From NCBI GenBank assembly GCA_013265495.1, contig MU057398.1, positions 558,001-622,000 of the forward strand: a stretch of 64,000 nucleotides of DNA, read 5' to 3'. The translations under genes and the position numbers were made by a program. How positions within the stretch are numbered: position 1 is the first letter of the stretch; each line of letters begins with the position of its first letter. Shown piece by piece: positions 13,280 through 23,274 of this stretch. The DNA comes from Vicugna vicugna. Its lineage: Eukaryota. The notes below the pieces were generated by a model. It saw only the letters and a program-made list of their open reading frames with translations, made no database searches and was not told the origin of the DNA.

Positions 13280-15020
13280 CAGCCAAAAAGATTTTGAGAA
13301 AGAACAAAGGTGAAGGATATATACTTTCTGACTTCAAGGCTTTCTACAAATCGACAGTAATCAAGACAGTGTGGCACTGGTATAAGGATGGGCACACTGA
13401 GGACAGAACTGAGTCCAGAAATAGATCTACACACCTATGATCAATTTGCTGCAAAGCTGGCAAGGTAATTCAATGAAGAAAGGACAGTCTTCTGAACAAA
13501 TGGTGCTGGAATCACTGGGTACCCACATGCAAAAGAATGAACCTAGACTTTTCCCTCATTCTATGCACAAGATTTAACTCAAAATGAATCACAGACTGAA
13601 ATGTAAGAGCTAGAAATAGAAACCTTCTGGAAGAAACTATAGGAGAGTGTCTTTGTGACATTGAGCTAGGCAAAGGCCTTTCCGATAAGACACAGAAAAA
13701 CACAAACCATGGAAGAGAAAATGGGTGAAATTAGACTTTGTCAAAATTTAAGATGTTTGCTACACATTGGGAGAAAGTGAAATAAGCCAGAGAAAGACAA
13801 ATATCATATGATATCACTTATAATGAATAACCCTGTACCTATTAATGGAGTTGAGTTCAATGACTTGTCTCCAAAATATATTAAGAATGAAAAAGTCTGG
13901 CAACTCAATAATTGAGAAAACTGTAAGCAACTGACAAAGATTTGACTAGATACTTCACCAAAGAATACATACAACTGGCAAATAACTATATGAAAAGATT
14001 CTCACCATCATCAGTCAAAAGAAAATGCAAAATAAAACCCCAATAAAAAAAACCCCACTAAAATGGTAAAAATTAAAGAGACTAAAAAAATTACAGATTG
14101 ATCATAGCAAGTGCTGGTGAAGATGCAGAGCAAATGAAACTGTCCCATCACGTATTGCTGCTGGGACTGCAAACTGGTACCCAGGACTGTGGGAAACAAC
14201 TGGCCAGGTTCTTATCAATTGAAACATATTCACCACGTGAGCCATTGCTAAGGACTCACTCTAGACAAGTTAAAGCACACAAAGGCTTGTACTCAAGTGT
14301 TCAGAGTAGCCTTATTCATCAGAGCCCCAGAGCGGGAACAGTCCCACATGCCCACCAACTGGTAATAGAATAAATTATCTATGGTCCATCCATACAATGG
14401 AACACTACTTAGCAAGAAAGAAGAACAAAGTCCTGATACAAACAGCAATAGAGATGAACTGAAAGGCATCCTGCGGAGTGAAAGAAGCCAGGCACGAAAT
14501 ACTACCTACTCTATTATTCTATTTATATAAAATTCTAGGGAAGATAAATCCATAGTGATAGAAAAATCAGGAAGGTGGGTATAGCTCAGTGGTACAGTGC
14601 ATGTTTACCATGCACAAGGTCCTGGGCTCAATCCCCAGTACCTCTATCAAAACATAAATTTAAAAAAATTTGAACCTAATTACCCACCCCTGCAAAAAAA
14701 CTAAAAATAAAAAATTTTTAAGTAAATAAAAAATAAAAGTAAAAATCAGGGACACCCCAAAATAAGCATAATAATAATTTTTAAAAAATCGAGGCCCCTC
14801 CTCCCAAAAAAATAAAACAACAAAAAAAGAAAAATCCTCTTTGTCAGGCTCCAGGTGGGAGAAAGATATTGCAAAGGGCCATGAGGGAACTTTCTGAAGT
14901 GGTGGAAATGTTGTATATCATGATTACGGTGGTGGTTACACGACTGTATGTGTGTCAGATCTCATGAAACAAGTTGTGAATTTTATTGTATGCTAAACCT
15001 ACCACTACAAAGTTGATTTT
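13280..15020 (+). mobile_element. Continuation and 3' end of the old L1M element
   Basis: 'aatcaagacagtgtggcactgg', 'aacaaatggtgctgg', 'ggaaatgttgtatatcatgatt...ggtggttacacgactgta'. Confidence 0.7.
14572..14740 (+). mobile_element. tRNA-Ala-derived SINE (Vic-1-like)
   Basis: A and B boxes plus tail; TSD aaaaatcagg at 14562-14571 and 14741-14750. Confidence 0.8.
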
Positions 15021-15849
15021 AAGAAGTCATTCAAGACAAGGAGAGAAATCATGGCCTTGGCAGTGAGAACAGTAGGAGCAGGCTGCACTGATGAAGCCTT
15101 GATGGAAGGAAGGGCACGTGGTGGTGAAGGTGGTGGTGAAACGGCCCGGAGGTTCGGTGCTGAGCCAGAGGGAATTACCCAGAGAGCCCCTGGAAGGCGC
15201 TGAGATCCGAGGCTTCTGGGAAGGGGAACTGGGGAGGGGCGGCGGCTGCTTTTTGCTACAAGCCTCAGCCTCCGGACAACCTGCCACTTTAAACCATGTG
15301 CCTGTGAAACTGACCAAAAAAGGAGCCGCCCCCTGCCAGGCTGCCTTCCCCACAGATGAGGAAGTCCTGGCCATCTGGGGGCACCGCCCTCCAACGCCCA
15401 CGTGCCTTCTACCCCTCAGCTCCTCTACCCAGGAGAGGGGTTCCCTCAGCACTTGCTGCGGACCCTGCCCGTCCCAGCCCGCATGGCTCCTAATCCACAA
15501 AGCACCGCTCACAAACAGGCTTCGTCTAATTTTCAAAATTTCTATTCGCTTGAATTCAGACCTCAGGTGAGTGGACAGCCTGTCTGTCTGTTGTCTTTGG
15601 CCCACGCAAGTCCCAATACACACTCGCACGAGCGCGCGCACACACACGTGTTTTTAGTAAATGTCTTTTTGACGTGTTCAAGCCCATCCTCTGACCCAAA
15701 GCTCTTCCACCTCATCGGCCTCTCCTCACCCTGCTCCTTGCGTGGCATCTCATTCTTCCCACTGCCAGGCAGGAGTCATCATCTGTAATGCGCACTCCAT
15801 CAAGAGGGATCCCCAATTAGGGCGTCTCTCTCCATCCCCAGTGTGGACA

Positions 15850-16200
15850 AAGTGTGCTGCCGGCCACATCAGTAGACCTGCCCGCCACACCCTGAGGTGA
15901 CTCAGGATGGGAAAGAACTGGATAGTGGCTGTGGTGCATGTCAAAGGAATGATTTCAATGAGCCCAGTCTCTTGCTTCTTCCCATACAAAGAAAACTGCG
16001 AAATTCCTTAACTTCAGATGTCTGTTTTTCCTTTAATTAACAGTAATCTTTTGATGTTCTGACTACCTTTTTTTTTTTTTTTGCAAAAACTCCTATACAT
16101 CCTGGCTCCTCCAGGACCTCTTCGGAAAAGTCCCTCAGGGCTCTTCAGAGGCCGTCTCCCGGGCTCAAATCCTCAGCATGTCCACCAAATAAAACATACT
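15850..16200 (+). mobile_element. ERV1-like LTR fragment
   Basis: TATA-like 'cctataca' followed by 'ccaaataaaacata' poly(A) signal; LTR-like composition. Family not assigned. Confidence 0.45.
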
Positions 16201-18021
16201 GCCTCCCCTCCCAGCCTCGCGAACCTGTGCGCCCCTCGACTTCTCCTGGCTTTTTCATCACTCTGTCTTCATGTCCTTGGCTGGCTCCTCTTTCTCTTCC
16301 ATCCCTGAGAAGTGCCTTTGCTCTCCATCCACACTGCCTGTCCCCCCAGGACTGCACTCCCCAGAGCAGGTCCTATGTCGACACTGGTTGAGCAAATGGT
16401 TCTGGTTACTGAATATAGTTCCCTGTGCTAAAACATTTTTTTTATCCAAAATGTGTTTATTGGGATGGTTTCCCATTCATCTTGATTCAGGGTGCTTTTA
16501 GTGCTGCTTCAGTCTGAAGGCACATCCTTCTGTAAGCCTTGCTTTCCCTCCTGTCAGCTGCAAGAGGACTGCAGAGCTGCCAGCGCACAAAACCTCCTTC
16601 CTTTGCGAGAGACGTGTTTTTCTAGGGGGTTATCACCACTGGCAAGGGCCTCCTGTTCTCTTCTGCTCAGACACTGGGCTGGCAGAGACACAGGCCCACA
16701 CCTAGGCCACTGCACAGAACCCTTTCTGCAAATGTAGTCCTAGAGGGAGATGGTACTTGGCAGGGAAGAGGGAGCTGCACTGGGAGGAGGAGGAAGGATG
16801 CGGAGGGCATCTGCTCAGTCCTGCCCTGGGCCTGAGGCCCCCTGAGGCTAACTGGCAGCTCCAAGGCCAAGTCCCTCTCTCACCTTCCAGAACCAGCTTC
16901 CCAGTGCTCCCTGAGATGGGCGTGGACTTGTTCAGCCACCTCCTTCAACACTTTTTCAGGGATCTATCTTTTTCTCTCCTCTCCGGGCCCCTGCCCATCT
17001 GCCTGGCTCAGGGAGGCAGGCCCGGGGATCTTCCCATGCAAGGAGTTGGGTCAGGGAAGCCCCCTCCAGGTAGGTGCCCTGCCCTCAGTTCAGGCTGCCC
17101 AGAGGGTGGAGGCTTCTGAGCAGCCCTGCGCTGCCTCTGCCTGCCGACTCACATGGCCCAGGGGTGAATAAGCCGGTCAGCGTTTCTTCCATGAACTGCT
17201 GTTGAGCCCTATCTTTCTGGTCCCCTGTGGGGTGGCTGGGGCCGGGGATGGCCTGGGGCCTCTGGCCTCTGACCGGTTCTTTGCTGCAGGCAGGGGGACT
17301 CAGCCCAGCTTGGCCCAGCCCCTTACTCGGCACAGTGCCTATGGTAGTGTTCCGGAGCCTGGGGACTCTGAGCCAGGAGCCAGACTCTCTCCCCAGCACA
17401 CCCTCTTGCCTTGGGAGCTCTTGGTTTCTCTCAGAGGTCCCCAACACTTATGGCCTTGGTGTGGACCAAACCCCTCCCCTTGCTGGGATCCTGGAGAAAA
17501 CCGCGGGGGAGGGTTTCCCGGAGAATTTTCGCTGGACTCAACAACAGGAAACAAGGAGTGCAGGGATGGCCCCAGCCCCGCGCCAGCTCTCCTTTGGGAT
17601 ACAGTCCTGTATGACCTCATTCCGGTCCTGGCGGAGAGACCCAGGGGGAGCCGATCACCTCTCTGCCCCTCGAGGCTGGCGTTGCCTCCTCGACCCCTCC
17701 CGGGAGCTTCCCTCCCCAGCTTCCAGCACCACCCTCCTCTAGTCTCCCCAGGTCTCTGCCCATCCTAATGCCACCGGGCAGCTTTCAATCGTTAGATCCC
17801 CATTTTACAGAGGCGGGAGCTGAGTCACACAGTGCTGGCCACATCCTGTCCAAGGTCGCCCAGCTGGGGACAGGCACTCTTCTTCAGGAGCCTCAGTTCC
17901 CCCAGGGGACAAGGGAGATGCCATCTCACCTGCCAGGCTGGGAGATTCTGGGGACTGGGGCCCCATCTGGCCACTCCCAGGAGGTACAAGGGGGCGGGGG
18001 GGGGGAGAGGGAAGGGGGGAG

Positions 18022-18286
18022 NNNNNNNNNNNNNNNNNNNNNNNNNNNNNNNNNNNNNNNNNNNNNNNNNNNNNNNNNNNNNNNNNNNNNNNNNNNNNNN
18101 NNNNNNNNNNNNNNNNNNNNNNNNNNNNNNNNNNNNNNNNNNNNNNNNNNNNNNNNNNNNNNNNNNNNNNNNNNNNNNNNNNNNNNNNNNNNNNNNNNNN
18201 NNNNNNNNNNNNNNNNNNNNNNNNNNNNNNNNNNNNNNNNNNNNNNNNNNNNNNNNNNNNNNNNNNNNNNNNNNNNNNNNNNNNNN
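18022..18286. other. Assembly gap (265 N) within a G/A-rich repeat
   Basis: Both flanks read 'ggggagagggaaggggggag'. Confidence 0.98.
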
Positions 18287-19199
18287 GGGGAGAGGGAAGG
18301 GGGGAGCAGGGCAGAAGGCGGAGGAGGGGGAAGCAGGGCGCAAGGAAGGAAGGAGGGATATATTGGGTGCGGTGTGACTTTTTCCCAGTGGTTCACAGTT
18401 TTCCCTTGGAAAATCTGTTCTAGAATCTTGCCCAGGAACTCCACTTTCTACCATTTTTGTTGATCTGGAAGGCAAGAGAAAAGTCATTTCTAGGCTCCTG
18501 TGGTTATGGGGAGAAAGGGACAATGTTCTCGTTCTTAGGAGGCATGGCTAGTGTTGAGATGTGGGCTGTGGGTGTTCTGAAAACTACTTCCAAATAGTTG
18601 AGCAAAAAACATGATAAACAAGCACATGATGGTGGCACATATGCGCCAGTGTGTGTATGAGCAGCATGCATGTGTGCGCTGTGTGCCCTGTGTGTGCTCT
18701 ATGTGTAGCACATGTGTAGCAGCGTGTGCGCCGTGTGTGCATCAAGCTGGTGTGCAGTGTGTAGGGTGGGGCTGTGGTGAGTGTGTAAGACACCCGCCCC
18801 GAGGTCTCTGGCCAGCACCACCAGACTCTCTGGCCAGGAAGAGGAGGCCTTGGCCTTGGCTGTACTTGGAACTGGTCTGTGAAAGGCTGTTTGGCCTCAA
18901 GCCTTGCAGGTCAACAAAGAAGACAGACAAACAGGAAGAAAGGGCCAATCTCAGCCCAGAGCCAGATTCTGGGCGGCATGCAGGCCACTGCCTTTGGCTG
19001 GGCTGGGTCGGACTAGGCTAAGTGAGGCCAGGGCCTGTGGCAAGAGCTGGGATAGGGAGGGTAAAGAGGGTGCCAGGATCGGGGAAAGGATGGGCTGGAG
19101 CCTGGAGAGGGGAGGGGATCCTGGAGCCTGAGGAGGGGAGAGGAAGGAGGGAAGGCCCAGTCCTGAAGCCCTGGTAGGAGGCTCACCACTCCTCACACA

Positions 19200-19380
19200 G
19201 TGTGCAGAACATGAATGTGTGTCTGTCTGTGCTTCTGTGGGTACATGGGCATGTGGCTGTTTCATGTATGTGAGGACGCACGTGTGTACATGTGTGTATA
19301 TGTGTCTCTGTGCACGTGTCTCTGTGTGTGTGTGCACGTGTGTGTGTGTGTGTGTCTGTGTGTATGTGTGAGAGAGACAG
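19200..19380. repeat. Degenerate (TG)n tract (similar tracts at about 18640-18760 and 20401-20455)
   Basis: Direct reading. Confidence 0.85.
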
Positions 19381-19929
19381 AGGGAGGGAGCCTGGAATGT
19401 GCGTGGGTACAGAAGCTCTGAGCCCCTCCCTCCAGGACAGGTAGCTGCAGGTGGGGAAGGAGGAAAAGGGTGGGGTGTCCCTGGCTCCCATAGAGCCCTT
19501 GGGAGGAAGCTGGCTCTCACAGGGGCATATTAAGCCTTGTCTTGAGCCTGCCCCATCCCCTCCCTTCCTGTCCCTAATTGAGGAGTGGGAGGGGCCTTGG
19601 CAGGCTCTGCATGTAGTGGGGACCTCCTGAGCCCTCACCCCTTCCTCACCAGCCAGGGCCCAAAGGAGGCACCTGGCTTGGGAAAGTGGAGTCAAGCTTT
19701 GTCACAAAAAAGCTGTTTGATCCCCAGCCAGTCCCACCCATCTCTGCTCTCAATTTCCCCAGCATTCTAATAAGATGGGCCTGGTGGAAGTGGGGGCGGT
19801 GGGGCTGGGGGCACAGCCAGCTGCAGCTGAGCCAAGCTGGCCACCAGCTCCACAGGGCTCAGGGGAGAAAGGAGTCCTGAGGACAGACCTGGGATGACTG
19901 GGGCCAGGAAGGGAAGCAGAGGAGGCCAG

Positions 19930-20118
19930 GAGCTTACTTCCCGGTGCCAGAAGCCCTGAGGCTGGAGGCCCGGAGACGGGGAGGAAGTCCCCTCCTGGGC
20001 AGGTCACTCCCAGAGGCCGGGCTGGGGCGGGGCAGGCGATGGAAAGCAGATCTGAGCTCCTGGGCCACCTCTGCGCCCGCTGCCGCCCAGCTGCCCAGGA
20101 GCCCGGGAGTCTGACCAG
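19930..20118 (+). promoter_or_regulatory. AVPR2: AVPR2 proximal promoter and probable non-coding first exon
   Basis: ETS-like cores (acttccc, gaggaagt), GC box ggggcgggg at about 20024, donor CAG|GTAAGG at 20118/20119, acceptor ctcctccag| at 20567/20568, 28 nt before the ATG. Confidence 0.6.
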
Positions 20119-20595
20119 GTAAGGGGCAGCCAGGGGGCACACCAGCCCTCCCACCTGGTCCCCAGCCCTCCTATGGCCACCTGTCTTGGCCTCTGTCAGG
20201 GCAAAGGGGTCTCTATGTCTGCCTTGGGTCTCATGGGCTGCCTAGGTGGATTTTAGGCTTGGTTCATCTGTCTGACTGTCCCTCTCTCCATCTTCCCCTG
20301 CCCAGTCCTGGGAGAGCTCTGAGGTCCATGTCGGGCTCAGTGGCCAGACCTCACCAACCTTGATCAGGCTAAGGGTGTACCCCTGGTGCCTGATCTCAGG
20401 AACACACACACGTGCACACGTGCACACATGCACACACGCACGCAGTTGTACGCACAGGCTAGACCCCCACCCCACCACCCTGGCACCTCTCTAAGGACCT
20501 CTATCCAGAGACTCTGGGCAGCAGGGCCGCTTGTTTGAGGCTGACCTCCCCACCCCGTCTCCTCCAGGCGCTCAGGACACCTGCCCAGCCCCACC

Positions 20596-22284
20596 ATGCT
20601 CATGGCATCCACCGCCTCAGGTAAGGTTCCTGCCACCAGCCCCTCCCCATCCCCCACCCCTCGCAACTGGGATGAGCCTGGTAGGCCGAGTAGGGTGGGA
20701 TAAAGCCCCAAAGCCCCTCTTTCAGAGACCTCCTTTACCCTCTGCTCCAGGTGGCTGATGCAGGGAGGGGAGGGCAGGGCCCTATAGGGCTGGGGGCTGG
20801 GGCTGCTGGCCTTCCCTCCCTACCACACGAGGTTGGGGGTAATGTTGTGTGTCCTGCTGCAGGCCTAGGAGCCAGGAAGTGGGGGGCTGGAGGGAAGCAG
20901 AAGTCCCAGGTTGGCAGCTGCCTGGGCCACTAGCTCTACCTGACCAGTTGGAAACTCCTTGAGCTCTAACTTGGCCCTCTCCCCCCAACCCCTGCCCAGC
21001 TGTGCCCTGGCCCCTCTCTCAGCCTAGCCCACCCAGCAACAGCAGCAAGAAGGAGCCGCTGGACACCCGGGACCCGCTGCTAGTCCAGGCAGAGCTGGCC
21101 CTGCTCTCCACGGTCTTCGTGGCCGTGGCCCTGAGCAATGGCTTGGTGCTAGGGGCTCTGGTGCGCCGGGGCCGGCGGGGCCGCTGGGCACCCATGCATG
21201 TCTTCATCGGCCACTTGTGCCTGGCTGACCTGACCGTGGCTCTGTTCCAAGTGCTGCCCCAGCTGGCCTGGGATGCCACCGACCGCTTCCGTGGGCCTGA
21301 CGCCCTGTGCCGGGCTGTCAAGTACCTGCAGATGGTAGGCATGTATGCCTCCTCCTACATGATCCTGGCCATGACTCTGGACCGCCACCGCGCCATCTGC
21401 CGCCCCATGCTGGCATACCGCCATGGAGGTGGAGCTCACTGGAACCGGCCAGTGCTGGTGGCCTGGGCCTTCTCGCTTCTTCTCAGCCTGCCCCAACTCT
21501 TCATCTTTGCCCAGCGCGACGTGGGTGATGGCAGCGGGGTCCTCGACTGCTGGGCCCGCTTTGCCGAGCCCTGGGGCCTCCGTGCCTACGTCACCTGGAT
21601 TGCCCTAGTGGTGTTTGTGGCACCTGCGCTGGGCATCACCGCCTGCCAGGTGCTCATCTTCCGGGAGATTCATGCCAGCCTGGTGCCAGGGCCAGCAGAG
21701 AGGGCTGGTGGGCACCGCGGAGGGCGCCGGACTGGCAGTCCCACCGAGGGAGCCCGGGTGTCGGCCGCCATGGCCAAGACCGTGAGGATGACCCTGGTGA
21801 TCGTGATCGTGTACGTGCTGTGCTGGGCGCCCTTCTTCCTTGTGCAGCTGTGGGCAGCGTGGGACCCAGAGGCACCTCAAGAAGGTGGGTGTGGTTGTGG
21901 TTGGGCCGTGGGGGCCACTCGGGCTTGGCGGCATGGGTACCTTTACCGCCCTGCTTCCCCCAACCCCCAACTCATCCAGCCACGAGTGTTTATGTGGACT
22001 GCTATCCCCTAGCGAGCACGTGGGCTCACACCCTTCCCCGGGCACACAGCCCCAGAGAGGATTCCTCCACCTACACAGGGCCCCCCTTCGTGCTGCTCAT
22101 GCTGCTGGCCAGTCTCAACAGCTGTACCAATCCCTGGATCTACGCCTCCTTCAGCAGCAGCGTCTCCTCGGAGCTGCGGAGTCTGCTCTGCTGTGCCTGC
22201 AGGCGCACCCCGCCCAGCCCGGGGCCCCGGGATGAGTCCTGCGCCACTGCCAGCTCCTTCCTGCCCAAAGACACCTCCTCCTGA
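20596..22284 (+). CDS. AVPR2: Vasopressin V2 receptor (class A GPCR), 371 aa
   Basis: Exons 20596-20620, 21000-21884, 22079-22284 (1116 nt), GT-AG introns, Kozak ccaccATG. Protein [13 protein letters not shown]...N22SS...DRH...CWAPFF...NPWIY...CC...DTSS. Confidence 0.98.
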
Positions 22285-22600
22285 GAAGCCACTGGGTGCC
22301 TTCCTTCCAGAGGCTCCATGAAGCTCAGCTGCCTGCCTGGGGCTAGCCTGGGAGCCACTGGGAGAGGGGGTGCCCATCGGGAATTGGCTCTGTGATTATG
22401 AGGGGCTGGAGAACAGCTCCTTGGCACCAGGTGTGAGGAGGGGCCACAGCAATAGGCTGCAGGGTCTGGGGGTGGCGTATGGCTTCCGGCCCAATCAGTG
22501 CGTCTCAGGGAGCCCAGGAGGAAGGAGAGGGGGTGGGGCCAGGGGACCTTCCTTTCTCCACCCGCCTAGTCCCCCTCTGCCCTCCCTTCTCACTCTCTCT

Positions 22601-22606
22601 CATAAA
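22601..22606 (+). terminator. Probable AVPR2 poly(A) signal (variant CATAAA)
   Basis: Best PAS-like hexamer I found after the stop; no AATAAA seen before the ARHGAP4 3' end. Confidence 0.5.
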
Positions 22607-22946
22607 AGTTCCAATTCATTTTCCACCTGGCGAGTTTCCTTAGATCAGGATAACACTGGGTGTGGGGGCAGCATGGAAAGTCTTAGACCTCTCCCATACC
22701 CACAGACATGTGCACATCTCTGGAACCCAGCACACAGGCGACTGGGCCTTCCAATGTGCAGGTCCCCGACCCACATAGCCCTGTGCCAAGGAACCCCCTG
22801 TAGAAGCTGTTCCCAACCTGCCATCTTTGCTGAGTGCCCCACTATCTGGCCTTGAGAAGTCAGGGGGGCCAGGGGGCTGGCCCTGTACCCACCTGTCTAA
22901 CCCCCAAGACAGAGAGCTGGCTCACGTGGGGGTCAACGCACAGGAT

Positions 22947-22952
22947 TTTATG
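22947..22952 (-). terminator. Probable ARHGAP4 poly(A) signal (variant CATAAA)
   Basis: tttatg on the + strand, about 320 nt downstream of the ARHGAP4 stop. Confidence 0.5.
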
Positions 22953-23274
22953 AACGGCAGCCAATGCCTGCCAACCCCTACCAGGCTAGCGCCCTGGGCT
23001 GAGCAAGGGCGCCCACCACCTGACCACCACCGACAAGCCCTCACGGCCAGGCCCAGGAGAGGCCTGCCACCAGCCTCCCTCATTGGCCGCCTTCCAGAGC
23101 CAGGGCAGGGGAGCCAGGGGTGGGCTGGGGCAGCCACGTCCTCCTCTCTGCAAAGCGTCATGAGCAGGCAGGCTGGACAGGGCCAGGGAGAAGCAAAGGG
23201 CCTGGGGACTGTGGCCAGACTCGCCAGTGGCCACCTGGGGCAGGGCGGGGCCTGCAGAGGAACCGGCAGCCACC

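Noticed and set aside
1..15000. L1CAM exons, or an active full-length L1
   Set aside because: No L1CAM-like coding sequence recognised (its expected position is left of the window); all L1 ORFs are fragmented.
18406..18416. TonE/NFAT5 osmotic response element upstream of AVPR2 (tggaaaatctg)
   Set aside because: Misses the TGGAAANNYNY consensus at the last base; a single short match is not enough.
17768..18523. ORFs of 172-232 aa
   Set aside because: They are long only because they span the N gap.
21002..22012. 336-aa ORF as a single-exon GPCR
   Set aside because: It is AVPR2 exon 2 running into intron 2; the real start and TM7 are in other exons.
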